A DNA stretch of 64,000 nucleotides. Origin: a virus. Within the stretch, counting starts at the first letter, position 1, and each line of letters begins with the position of its first letter. Where the stretch lies: positions 32,001-96,000 of IMG/VR virus record IMGVR_UViG_3300034021_001440. One strand, 5' to 3'. Made by a program: the position numbers and the translations under genes. The notes under the pieces are model-generated. The model was given only the letters and a program-made list of their open reading frames with translations. It made no database searches and had not been told where the DNA came from. This document shows, in pieces, positions 10,466 to 19,369 of the stretch.

Positions 10466-11689
10466 ATGGAACTGAACACTATTACGCGAATCGAGCAGTA
10501 CATGTGCGACGCCCTGATCGCCAGCCCACTGATTCCGATTAGCGTCAATGTGTTGCGCCTTGCTGACGCTATCACCAACGAGGGTGTTGTCCAGCAAACA
10601 AACAACATCGTCGTGCGCTACACAGGGTCAACCAACTCGGTTGTCAACAAAATTCCGATGGTTTTCACTCGAACGATGACGTTTGAGCTGAACTTTTCCT
10701 GCCAGAACTATTTGACCTCTTCCGGTCACGACTTTGCCACGCAGCTTCTGACCGGTGCCTTCAACACCCTGAATGGTGGTGTGCCGGGCAATGCCGGAGT
10801 TCAAGTGATTGAACCTTTCACTTGCAGCAGTGAAACTTTTACAGGAATCTCAGAAGAATCTCAATATACCTACACTCAAATCTACAGCCTCCTCATCGAG
10901 GAAGCCCTCCCGTATGTCGCCCTTGATCCGTGCGTTCAGCGGGGCGATTGCCGAGCCATCTGGCCTGGTCAAAACGTCGAAACCAAGCTGCCCCTCGGTG
11001 GTGTTGTTGATGAGGCTTCTGGAGAGATCTACGTTCCGGCATACACCGGGGATCTGGAACCGGGCGAAGACTATGACAAGTGCTGTGGTATTCGATGGAG
11101 CAACGAGTTTGGTCAAAACGGTGACTGGGTGTTTATCACTGATCCAGACACAATCTTTCTTGAAGATCCGTTGGGCCAACCCATTTACCTCCTTCCCACC
11201 AACAGCTATACTGAAGATGGGCGCCTCGTGGTCACCGTTTGGGACGCAGAAACTCGAGAGCCAATCCGAGAAGTTTTCTATTGTGGCACTGGCAAAAAGT
11301 TGGCACGTTATGCCATCGAGCTGTGGCGCAATGTGATTTCTGACGACGGCGGAATCAGCCCCAAGGCACGACTGGACGCCAAATGGTTCCAGAACATCAA
11401 CTGGGGTGAGTTTGCCGTTGTCACTGGCGGGTATCAATTCTTATACACCGACCCGCTGCTGCCAGACGCCCCCGTGGTGTCCATTGACGGTGGCGAACTG
11501 ATTGGCGTTCAAATGGAAACTTTCATTCAAACTGCGAAAGGAAGGTTCTATTATGTGGGTCAATCACCCAAAGGTCGTGGTTGGATGCTTGACGGCACAT
11601 TCGTGACAGCAGAAGTCACTCAACTCTGGCGCCTCGGTTGCCCTCCTTGCACAGCTGACTCAGGTCCCATTTGCTCTCCCCCACTATGA
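10466..11689 (+). CDS. putative tail terminator/completion protein (Mu gp37-like N-terminal domain) with C-terminal extension
   Basis: IVVRYTGS..TRTMTFEL..ATQLL..LNG pattern; start revised to MELNT. Confidence 0.5.
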   Translation: MELNTITRIEQYMCDALIASPLIPISVNVLRLADAITNEGVVQQTNNIVVRYTGSTNSVVNKIPMVFTRTMTFELNFSCQNYLTSSGHDFATQLLTGAFNTLNGGVPGNAGVQVIEPFTCSSETFTGISEESQYTYTQIYSLLIEEALPYVALDPCVQRGDCRAIWPGQNVETKLPLGGVVDEASGEIYVPAYTGDLEPGEDYDKCCGIRWSNEFGQNGDWVFITDPDTIFLEDPLGQPIYLLPTNSYTEDGRLVVTVWDAETREPIREVFYCGTGKKLARYAIELWRNVISDDGGISPKARLDAKWFQNINWGEFAVVTGGYQFLYTDPLLPDAPVVSIDGGELIGVQMETFIQTAKGRFYYVGQSPKGRGWMLDGTFVTAEVTQLWRLGCPPCTADSGPICSPPL

Positions 11690-11841
11690 AACCGGCTGCA
11701 GAACTCTGGCGGCAATACCATGCCGCAGCAAACTCGGGGCAACAGGCGCTTGCCAATCAACTTCTCAGGGCACTTCAACAGTACAAAGGAAACCCGCCGC
11801 GTCCCGCAGGATGCACCAAATGTCGTAGGAGTCTACACTAA
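11686..11841 (+). CDS. 51-aa hypothetical protein (CxxC near C-terminus), absent from the ORF track
   Basis: MKPAAELWRQYH..GCTKCRRSLH; ATGA overlap with the upstream stop. Confidence 0.55.
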   Translation: MKPAAELWRQYHAAANSGQQALANQLLRALQQYKGNPPRPAGCTKCRRSLH

Positions 11842-11842
11842 A

Positions 11843-11869
11843 TTTACTTTTGGTGAAAACCGATATAAT
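11843..11869 (+). promoter_or_regulatory. sigma70-like promoter TTTACT-N15-TATAAT
   Basis: -10 element ends 6 nt before ATG 11876. Confidence 0.6.
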
Positions 11870-11875
11870 AAACAA

Positions 11876-12547
11876 ATGAAAAATTTTTACACCTACGCCT
11901 TTTTGCGAGAAGACGGCACTCCATACTACATCGGAAAAGGTTCTGGAAAACGGGCCTATGCTAAAACAGGAAGGCCGTGCGGTTTCCCGAAAGATAGGTC
12001 TCGCATCCTCATACTGAAAAAAGACTTGACAGAACGGGAAGCTTTTCAGCACGAGGAATATTTAATTTTTGTGCTCGGAAGAAAAGACCTTGGCACGGGA
12101 ATTCTTCACAACAAAACCAACGGAGGTGAGGGTGCTTCCGGAAGGATCGTTAGTGTAGAGATTCGGAGAAAAATCAGTCAAAAACAAATTGGAAAACGAA
12201 TGTCTTTGACTTCGAGGAGAAGGATGAGTGCTGCTCAAAGAGGCAATCGGAATGCATGTGGAACTCGGACAGAGGAACAGAGGCGAAATAACAGTAATGC
12301 GCAAAAAGGGAAAAAGTTATCCGAGGCACACAAAAGGAAGACCAGTGAAACTCTCACTGGCAAGTCAAAAACAAAAATACACAGAGATAGGATTGGTCAA
12401 AGCAAGAAAGGAAATCAGTATGCAAAAGGCAGAAAGCACTGGGTGAATGAAAAGGGAGAAAGACGTTTTCAAGCAGAGTGCCCTGGACCCGATTTTCAAC
12501 GGGGCATAGTTTGGAGTTCGCAGGGTAAAACCAGGAATATGCACTAA
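11876..12547 (+). CDS. GIY-YIG homing endonuclease with NUMOD3-like repeats
   Basis: FYTY..PYYIGKG..R, NKTNGGEG, GKKLSEAHKRKTS; AT-richer; start revised to MKNFY. Confidence 0.85.
   Translation: MKNFYTYAFLREDGTPYYIGKGSGKRAYAKTGRPCGFPKDRSRILILKKDLTEREAFQHEEYLIFVLGRKDLGTGILHNKTNGGEGASGRIVSVEIRRKISQKQIGKRMSLTSRRRMSAAQRGNRNACGTRTEEQRRNNSNAQKGKKLSEAHKRKTSETLTGKSKTKIHRDRIGQSKKGNQYAKGRKHWVNEKGERRFQAECPGPDFQRGIVWSSQGKTRNMH
12523..12530 (+). promoter_or_regulatory. GGGTAAAA box
   Basis: Inside the endonuclease 3' end, 30 nt before ATG 12553. Confidence 0.7.
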
Positions 12548-12552
12548 ATGCC

Positions 12553-12831
12553 ATGTCTAAGGAGAAGGACACAATAATCCAACAGAAAGAGTTTCTCGCC
12601 AATGAAGCCCTACGAGTAGCCAATGAAGCCATCGGAATGCTGCAAGATCAACTGGCCGAGTGTTCCACACGGGATCTGGTTCAAATCTTCTCCGCCTCCG
12701 TGAAAGCTCACCGGGAAATCACCGAGGACATTGTGGTTCTCACTGCCAAAGAACCTCCTGCTGAAGAGCAACTGGCACGGGAATATGATGGCAAGGTTGG
12801 AGAACTTCTCAAAAGAATTAGTGACTTCTGA
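12553..12831 (+). CDS. helical protein, candidate terminase small subunit
   Basis: Position only: translationally coupled to terL. Confidence 0.4.
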   Translation: MSKEKDTIIQQKEFLANEALRVANEAIGMLQDQLAECSTRDLVQIFSASVKAHREITEDIVVLTAKEPPAEEQLAREYDGKVGELLKRISDF

Positions 12832-14582
12832 TGCGTCCAATCCTCACGAAGGCAAAACTGCTCGAAGAGCATAGCACTTGGAGAAAATACATCCGAGGAA
12901 TGAAAGAATTGATGCTGCTTGAGGCGCCTCAATCTGTGATTGATGACTTCCGATACCAGGCAGCACGAAACTGTTTTTTGGCATTTGCCGACATCATGAA
13001 GAAAGGTGACCTCAAAGTGGTTGCCTTTCACGAAATTATTGCATCTGCGTTCGAAGATCTGGCAAACAAGCGCTATCGCCGTCTGATTGTTTCGTGCCCT
13101 CCGCGTTCGGGCAAGTCGATGCTTGCGTCGATGTTTGTAGCGTGGCTGCTTGGTCGAGACCAGCAAACACAGCACATCATTGCGTCATACGGTCAGCAAC
13201 TTTCCAACAAGTTCTTTCGCGACGCCATTCAGATGCTCAAGCATCCAGAGTTTCGAAAGATTTTTCCGGATTGGAAAGGTTTTGCTCCCGACTCCAAATA
13301 CGACATGCTTGGCGGAGGATACATTCTTCCAACCTCCGTTGGCGGTGTGCTGACTGGTTTCACTTCTGGAACGACCAACCTAACGAGCCCTGGCGTGGGC
13401 TCCATGATCATTGACGACCCGCTCAAGGACTCCACCTCGAAAGCTGCTTTGGAAGAGCTGGAGTCATGGTGGGGGGAACAGGCATCCACCCGGCGCACCA
13501 ACAATTGGTGTCAGCTAGTGATTGCTACACGATTTCATGAAAGGGACTTGCACGGGGTGCTGCTGGAAGCGGACGGGGTCTATGACGAGGAAGAGAACCC
13601 GATGGGTTGGCGCTGGGTCAATATCGCAGGCATCATTGAGACTCCGGAGCAGGCCGACGAGGACCCACTGGAGCGAGAGCTGGGAGAAACGCACTGGCCA
13701 AGCAACACTGCGTTCACCGTGGATATGCTCATGGCACAGAAAAAGACCATGGGTTCTTTTGCCTTCTCTGCTCTGTATCAGGGCAACCCGGTGGCTGCCG
13801 AGGGTCAGATCATCAAAGACAGCTGGATTAATCGCATCAACCTTTCAGAGTGTCCAAACTTTGACCTGACTTGGCTCTCAGTTGACTGTGCTTTTTCGGA
13901 AAAAGAAATGGCTGACGAGACAGCAATCTGTGTCGCTTCCATCTCTCACCAGCACCCTGGCCTTGTATATGTTCGAGAAATGATCACGGGCAGACTGGGA
14001 TTCCCAGACTTGATTGCAAAGGTCAAACACTTGTATGCTTTCTATGGTGCCCGTGTTCTGTGCATTGAGAAAGCTGCCTCGGGACAGTCCCTGATTCAGA
14101 TGCTGAAGAAAGAAGCTCGGATTCCGATTGAAGAGATGAAGCCGCTGAAGTCAAAGACGATTCGTCTTCAAGCGGTGGCCCCTTTGATGGAGTTTGCTCG
14201 GGTGAAGTTCGTGGAGGGCGAGTGGATTGACTCGTTTGTGAAAGAACTGACCACGTTTCCTTTCGTCAAGCACGATGACCGAACTGACGCCTTCACCTGG
14301 GCTCTGACTTATTATTCGATGAAGTTAGACAAAGTAGACAAAGGATTGCAAGATAGCATTTTGCAAAACAAACGTTTCTACGGCGACCTCACTCGTCCAG
14401 GATTTGGTGACCGAAACGTTTTCTCAAACTTGTCTCGTGGGCGTTTGCGTTTGTTTCCTGCCGATAACGCCTATAATGACCCGGACTATGATGCCGTCTC
14501 TGGCGAAGCAGACAGTCGATCCGCCTTTTTGAGAGGCATTCGAGGAGCAAATCGAAACATTGGTTGGGACACTGATTTGTGA
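12831..14582 (+). CDS. terL: terminase large subunit
   Basis: Walker A PPRSGKS, Walker B MIIDDP, ATRFH, ALYQGNP, nuclease motifs SVDCA, IEKAASG, HDDRTDA. Confidence 0.93.
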   Translation: MRPILTKAKLLEEHSTWRKYIRGMKELMLLEAPQSVIDDFRYQAARNCFLAFADIMKKGDLKVVAFHEIIASAFEDLANKRYRRLIVSCPPRSGKSMLASMFVAWLLGRDQQTQHIIASYGQQLSNKFFRDAIQMLKHPEFRKIFPDWKGFAPDSKYDMLGGGYILPTSVGGVLTGFTSGTTNLTSPGVGSMIIDDPLKDSTSKAALEELESWWGEQASTRRTNNWCQLVIATRFHERDLHGVLLEADGVYDEEENPMGWRWVNIAGIIETPEQADEDPLERELGETHWPSNTAFTVDMLMAQKKTMGSFAFSALYQGNPVAAEGQIIKDSWINRINLSECPNFDLTWLSVDCAFSEKEMADETAICVASISHQHPGLVYVREMITGRLGFPDLIAKVKHLYAFYGARVLCIEKAASGQSLIQMLKKEARIPIEEMKPLKSKTIRLQAVAPLMEFARVKFVEGEWIDSFVKELTTFPFVKHDDRTDAFTWALTYYSMKLDKVDKGLQDSILQNKRFYGDLTRPGFGDRNVFSNLSRGRLRLFPADNAYNDPDYDAVSGEADSRSAFLRGIRGANRNIGWDTDL

Positions 14583-14610
14583 TTTACATTTGGGGGGACA
14601 AAGGTAAAAT
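14583..14610 (+). promoter_or_regulatory. sigma70-like promoter TTTACA-N16-TAAAAT
   Basis: -10 element ends 5 nt before ATG 14616. Confidence 0.55.
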
Positions 14611-14615
14611 AAATC

Positions 14616-15137
14616 ATGAAGCACAAACACCATATAAAACCCAGATACGAGGGTGGTTCAGACGACCCTGAAAACCTTGTGGAGTTGACTCCAATTCAAC
14701 ACGCAATGTGGCACTATGCCGAGTGGTTGAGGAAAGGAAATTGGCAAGACCTTGCTGCGTATAGAACTCTGGCGGGTAGAGCGCCAAAGGAGGAAGTAAT
14801 CAGAGGATTGGTTTCGGAGTCGAACCGGTCCAGGAAGGGTGAGAAAAGAAGTCCCCGACCCTTGGAAGTTAGACTAAAAATCGCAAAGTCCGTGAAGGAA
14901 AGTCATGAGAGAGCACGAAAAGAAGTCAAACCAAAACCAAAACCAAAACCACCTGCGAGAGGCAGAGGCAGAAAACCAAAACCAATCGAATTGACATCTC
15001 CCTGCGGTCAGTTTGCTTTTTTATTCCCTTCTGCCAAAGAAGCGGGAGCAATACTGGGACTATGGGATGGCAATATTACTAAAGTTGCCCGTGGGGAATG
15101 GAAACAGACGGGCGGATGGACTGCTCGCTACGTGTAG
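14616..15137 (+). CDS. HNH homing endonuclease with NUMOD1-like C-terminus
   Basis: HKHHIKPRYEGGSDDPENLVELTPIQHAMWH; FPSAKEAG..ITKVARG..GGW. Confidence 0.85.
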   Translation: MKHKHHIKPRYEGGSDDPENLVELTPIQHAMWHYAEWLRKGNWQDLAAYRTLAGRAPKEEVIRGLVSESNRSRKGEKRSPRPLEVRLKIAKSVKESHERARKEVKPKPKPKPPARGRGRKPKPIELTSPCGQFAFLFPSAKEAGAILGLWDGNITKVARGEWKQTGGWTARYV

Positions 15138-15184
15138 CGCGATGGAACCGCGTAAAAAGTTTCTAATGTTTTTTCATTGGAACC

Positions 15185-15370
15185 ATGGCAAATTCCCCCG
15201 TTGATCGAAATCCTGAACTCATGCAGCAAGAGTTCGGAACCAAAGTGTTGATTACAGACCTTGCAGCAGACCGTTTGCTGGAGAAAGCATCCAAGCACGG
15301 AAACGAGCGGTATTCAAAGTGGTGCGGAGGCAAAGGCGGCTTTGATGATTTCGCAGAGCGACTTCACTGA
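15185..15370 (+). CDS. hypothetical protein
   Basis: 61-aa ORF preceded by the variant box GCGTAAAA. Confidence 0.6.
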   Translation: MANSPVDRNPELMQQEFGTKVLITDLAADRLLEKASKHGNERYSKWCGGKGGFDDFAERLH

Positions 15371-15378
15371 GGGCTGCC

Positions 15379-15386
15379 GGGTAAAA
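15379..15386 (+). promoter_or_regulatory. GGGTAAAA box
   Basis: 33 nt before ATG 15412. Confidence 0.7.
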
Positions 15387-15411
15387 ATAAGAGTCGATTG
15401 CCAGTCCTCCA

Positions 15412-16230
15412 ATGGATCGACTTATTTTTCTTGAAGGAGGTGAGTTGTATGTAGAGCTCGTCGGACACGAAGCGTATGATCTACCCACTGTTGTCAAGTT
15501 GTTATCCATGCTCACCTCCAAGGAAAAGCGCAAGACTCGTCGCGCTGAAGCTGCCCAGATGCTAGAACAATCCTACTCAAAAGGAATGGATGTTCAGCCG
15601 CCAAAGTTTCTCACCTGGCGCCAAGAAGAACTCTGGAACTCCTTCAAAAGAAACACAGTCACCCTCGCTCATGGCTGTGCCGGTACAGGAAAAACTCTGA
15701 TCGCCCTTCACTACGGACTTCATGGTATCGCCTCTGGCGATTTCGATAAAGTTTTCTACGTTCGTAGCGACGTCGGTGTTGAGTTTCAAAGGGGACGAGG
15801 CGCTCTCCCTGGCGATCTGTCTGAAAAGATCGCTCCGTTGATCGCACCAGTTTTAGACAACCTGCCCTGCATTATGCGTTCTCAGGGCGCAGCAGAATAC
15901 CTTCTCAATAAGAAAATTATTGAGCCGATCCTCCTCGAAGACATTCGCGGACGCTCTCTCAACGAATCTTTCATTATCGTGGATGAAGCGCAGAACTTCC
16001 TGCCTTCGCACATCAAAACCTGTCTCTCCCGCGTGGGCAAAGATTCCAAAATCTGCCTCATCGGCGATACCAAGCAAACGGACTTGGAAGTTTTCCGTCG
16101 CGAGAATGGACTTGTCGATGCCATTCATCGCCTCAACAACCTGATGGAAGTCGGGATTGTAGAGTTTCAAAAAGAAGACATTGTTCGCAACTCTGTGATT
16201 GCGCATATCCTAGACCGCTACGACGACTAA
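15412..16230 (+). CDS. phoH: PhoH family ATPase (alternative start 15508)
   Basis: GCAGTGKT, ALPGDLSEK, RGRSL, IIVDEAQN, GDTKQTD, DIVRN. Confidence 0.93.
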   Translation: MDRLIFLEGGELYVELVGHEAYDLPTVVKLLSMLTSKEKRKTRRAEAAQMLEQSYSKGMDVQPPKFLTWRQEELWNSFKRNTVTLAHGCAGTGKTLIALHYGLHGIASGDFDKVFYVRSDVGVEFQRGRGALPGDLSEKIAPLIAPVLDNLPCIMRSQGAAEYLLNKKIIEPILLEDIRGRSLNESFIIVDEAQNFLPSHIKTCLSRVGKDSKICLIGDTKQTDLEVFRRENGLVDAIHRLNNLMEVGIVEFQKEDIVRNSVIAHILDRYDD

Positions 16231-17648
16231 TGGCAAGCAAGGGACCCATGACTACCGCTCATTATCCTGGAAAGGGAGCTATGGGTCCCTCCTTGGGCAC
16301 ACGCAAGAGAGCACCCACAGCACGGGAAGTCGCTCGAGCAAAAGCGCAAGCGGTTGGTGGCGGAAGGAAAAGGTGCAGGAAAGGAAAAAATTGCTCGGCG
16401 GCTTGTATTCAGTCGCGCATGATTTGTTTGGTTGAGTTTCCCGCACCGGTGCAAGCCCCTCTCGGGCAGGTGCGTGACTATCTGAGGCAGAAAAATAATG
16501 TTCAACCAGGAAGTATCCAGGACAAGCGTCTGAACGCGGCCCTGGGCAAACTCTCCAGTGTTCTCAAAGTTGAGGGCCAAGAGGCCCCGTCAAAACGCAC
16601 GGGTTTGGCAAAGCCAACGGTTGAGTGGAAACGAGATGAAAAGAGGGCAGAAAGACAAGGCATTCTGTGGAAAGAAGTTCAAGGGTTGAAGAAGCGTCGA
16701 AACCTGCTGGGTGAGGCTGAGTTTGAGCGGGAGGCAATGCGTGCCCTTCACAAGGATGCGATGTCACGGGGTCTCCGACTGCCTCGCGCAGAATTGGAAA
16801 TGATCTTGGATGTTCTTCCAAAAAATGTTCAAACATCTCTCGCAAAGTCTGGAAGAGCAGAAAGTGGTCAGTGGTATAATGGAAAGGATGAAAATGGAAA
16901 TGTGATCTTCTCTAGAACCCCAGGCAAGGAAAGAGCTCTCGCTGTGCTCGACATGTGGTTTCGCCAGGGTGGCACAGATGCCTATCAGGGGAGAGGTGGC
17001 CGAGTGTGGGCACCACCCGATCTCGACATTGAGCACATGCGCTCACTCTCACAGGGTGGCAGGGACACCCCGTCCAACTGGATCTTGGCACGAGCTGGTG
17101 CTCAGCGAGCACGTCAGGCTCAACCTCTTGGCAAGTGGATTGATCGATTGCCGTCTTCCAAAGAGGAATACCAAACATATTTGTCAAACTATGCGAAAGA
17201 ACGCCGAGCAAAGCAAGCACGAAAAGCGCGATTGGCTCTGGTTGATCCGAAAAAAATTGGAGACGGGGAACTTTTCAGCAAAGGTGGAAAGACACTGGCA
17301 GAAATTTTCCGTGGAGAAAACGGGGGAAGAACCCCTGACACTTTCACAAAAGAGTGGTTGGGGATTGCAAGTTCTGGGGGACGGAAAGGAAACTCCGGGC
17401 CTCCCGCACCTTTCGCCAAAGGACTGGCTCTCATTGCAAAAGCAGAAGGTCTTCCCAAGGCACGGGCAGTTGGAAACACAATGAAGCGAATGTGGAACGA
17501 TGACTGGAAAGCACAAGGAAACATAACCAAGCAGCAAGCCTTCAAACAAATGGTGTCCGAAATGGAGAAAAGTTTGACCAGCGAACAATTCAACAACCTT
17601 TTCCTGCCCTCAGCGCAAGCATGGGCCAGAGCCAACGATTTCCTGTAG
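16230..17648 (+). CDS. basic Cys4 N-terminal module fused to an HNH-like domain
   Basis: CRKGKNCSAACI..C; QGGTDAY..DLDIEH..S.GG.D..SNW. Confidence 0.65.
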   Translation: MASKGPMTTAHYPGKGAMGPSLGTRKRAPTAREVARAKAQAVGGGRKRCRKGKNCSAACIQSRMICLVEFPAPVQAPLGQVRDYLRQKNNVQPGSIQDKRLNAALGKLSSVLKVEGQEAPSKRTGLAKPTVEWKRDEKRAERQGILWKEVQGLKKRRNLLGEAEFEREAMRALHKDAMSRGLRLPRAELEMILDVLPKNVQTSLAKSGRAESGQWYNGKDENGNVIFSRTPGKERALAVLDMWFRQGGTDAYQGRGGRVWAPPDLDIEHMRSLSQGGRDTPSNWILARAGAQRARQAQPLGKWIDRLPSSKEEYQTYLSNYAKERRAKQARKARLALVDPKKIGDGELFSKGGKTLAEIFRGENGGRTPDTFTKEWLGIASSGGRKGNSGPPAPFAKGLALIAKAEGLPKARAVGNTMKRMWNDDWKAQGNITKQQAFKQMVSEMEKSLTSEQFNNLFLPSAQAWARANDFL

Positions 17649-17652
17649 GGAC

Positions 17653-17985
17653 ATGAGAAAAGACACGCGTTTTCGTCGCCCTGAGCGGGCAGACATTGAG
17701 TCAAAACTTCCCAAGAAAATCCTCTCAGACCCTCAAGCACTCGGCGTCTGGAACATGATGCTCCAGTGTGACGACCCTTCAGACGTTTCTCACAAGTATC
17801 GATCATACCGAGACAGCGCACATTGCACTGTGCCTCGAGAGCATTTACGAGCGATGCGAGACACTATGATAACGGCAATGAGGGAAGAAAACAGCAAAGA
17901 CCCCAAACCAAGAAAAGAGAGGAAACAAGGAGTTCATTACACTGGTCACAATAACGGTTGGCTACCCCAGAGGAAAGGCGCATGA
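17653..17985 (+). CDS. hypothetical protein
   Basis: 110-aa ORF starting 4 nt after the HNH-like gene. Confidence 0.65.
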   Translation: MRKDTRFRRPERADIESKLPKKILSDPQALGVWNMMLQCDDPSDVSHKYRSYRDSAHCTVPREHLRAMRDTMITAMREENSKDPKPRKERKQGVHYTGHNNGWLPQRKGA

Positions 17986-18335
17986 ACGTCACCAAAGAAA
18001 TTGAAAGACACCGCCTTCCCTGCGGAGCGGCAACCATCGCGATCGACGGAGTTTGCCGTCGTCGTTTGAGGGATCACTTTGACGCACTGCTGGACAAGTT
18101 GGCCAATGAGGTCAATCCAGAGGGGGTCGATAAGGATATCCTTGAAATGGAGGAAGATGTCGAGATTCCTGAACCTCCCGCACCGGAAGAGACTCGCGAA
18201 GAGAAGAAAAAGCGTTTGATCGCTGAAGGGAAGCTGAGAGCAGAAGTGAACAAAGAGGTTGGCAAGTACAAAGAAAAACTGATGGGCAACAGCAAAATGC
18301 TGCAGGATATCTCGGGTAAAATCAAGAAACGGTAA
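17982..18335 (+). CDS. hypothetical protein
   Basis: ATGA overlap; start MNVTKE. Confidence 0.65.
   Translation: MNVTKEIERHRLPCGAATIAIDGVCRRRLRDHFDALLDKLANEVNPEGVDKDILEMEEDVEIPEPPAPEETREEKKKRLIAEGKLRAEVNKEVGKYKEKLMGNSKMLQDISGKIKKR
18314..18321 (+). promoter_or_regulatory. GGGTAAAA box
   Basis: 31 nt before ATG 18345. Confidence 0.65.
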
Positions 18336-18344
18336 TCAACCAAC

Positions 18345-18695
18345 ATGACAAATCGTATTGGTGGCGACTTCAATCAAGACGCCATGGAAGCCTTTCGTGC
18401 CGCATATGCTCAACAACTGAGCACTCCCGATGAGGACGGTGTGGCCAATAACTCTGGTCTTCCGACGAATGTAGTGACAAATACTTCACCCTGGATCGAG
18501 CACACTGGGCTGTGGAAATACCCCAGTGGCAAAGGTCCGGATGAAGATTTGAAAACTCCATTTGACCCGAATCAGTATCTTTCCGACGTTATCTCTGACG
18601 ATGATGAGGAAGCCGACAGCTTGAGTGAAGAAGAAGTCGAGCACCTGATCAATGAAATCACTGGATCTGAGGACGAAGAAGAAGAGGCTGAGTAG
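18345..18695 (+). CDS. acidic protein with shared leader motif
   Basis: GDFNQDAMEAFRAAYAQ leader. Confidence 0.7.
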   Translation: MTNRIGGDFNQDAMEAFRAAYAQQLSTPDEDGVANNSGLPTNVVTNTSPWIEHTGLWKYPSGKGPDEDLKTPFDPNQYLSDVISDDDEEADSLSEEEVEHLINEITGSEDEEEEAE

Positions 18696-18702
18696 GGTAA
18701 AA
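18695..18702 (+). promoter_or_regulatory. GGGTAAAA box
   Basis: 33 nt before ATG 18728. Confidence 0.7.
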
Positions 18703-18727
18703 AGCATACATAGCCTGTGGTCCAATT

Positions 18728-19369
18728 ATGTTCTTCACTGCCCCGAGAGTGATTCCTGAACCTCCCGTTGATGGATTCCCCTCCACCAACCCTCGTCAGG
18801 CAGGGTACAACGAGGACATCAAACAGCGTCTGGCTGGTAAAGACGAGGAAGGGAAAGAGCGTCTTCTGGATGCCCTGCGCTTTGCGTTTTGGATGAGCCC
18901 GAATCTGCCCGGCGTTGAGCTTCTGGTCAGTTCTGCACCTGTGATTACTCTCCACGACCTGGAGGGTGAGTTTGACATTACCATCAATCACGGAAGCGCC
19001 GCCTTTTCCGTTCATGAGAGTCCCTATGGCGATTCTACTCTGGAGGATCAAAGGGTGGCCCTCGGTCGCAGGTTGCTGAAGAACTGGAACACTTTGATCG
19101 CTCATTTGCCCGAAGGTTTTATTATCTACGGTCCCGACGTTGATCTCAACCACCCCACTTTCCCTGTTCGGGAAAGAGTTTTGCAAGGCTTGGGTTTTGC
19201 TCCGGTAGAGGCCAACGGTGACCGCATGGCGATTGTTCGCGGTGGCCAACTGTCTCCTTTGACTGCTTTTCAGCACCACGAACTGACCGGGGAGGATGGC
19301 CCGGCTCATTTGTACAATCAGCGTCTCTGCGTCGAAGAGATTGTCTGGGGCAGCAAGGAGGCTGAGTGA
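18728..19369 (+). CDS. hypothetical protein
   Basis: 213-aa ORF following the motif. Confidence 0.7.
   Translation: MFFTAPRVIPEPPVDGFPSTNPRQAGYNEDIKQRLAGKDEEGKERLLDALRFAFWMSPNLPGVELLVSSAPVITLHDLEGEFDITINHGSAAFSVHESPYGDSTLEDQRVALGRRLLKNWNTLIAHLPEGFIIYGPDVDLNHPTFPVRERVLQGLGFAPVEANGDRMAIVRGGQLSPLTAFQHHELTGEDGPAHLYNQRLCVEEIVWGSKEAE

Noticed and set aside
11720-11875. N-terminal extension of the GIY-YIG ORF
   Set aside because: Region is better explained by the 51-aa ORF and a promoter; the domain starts at MKNFY
11686-15185. Group I intron or intein around terL
   Set aside because: terL is continuous with all motifs, and the endonucleases lie between complete genes; no splice or intein motifs seen
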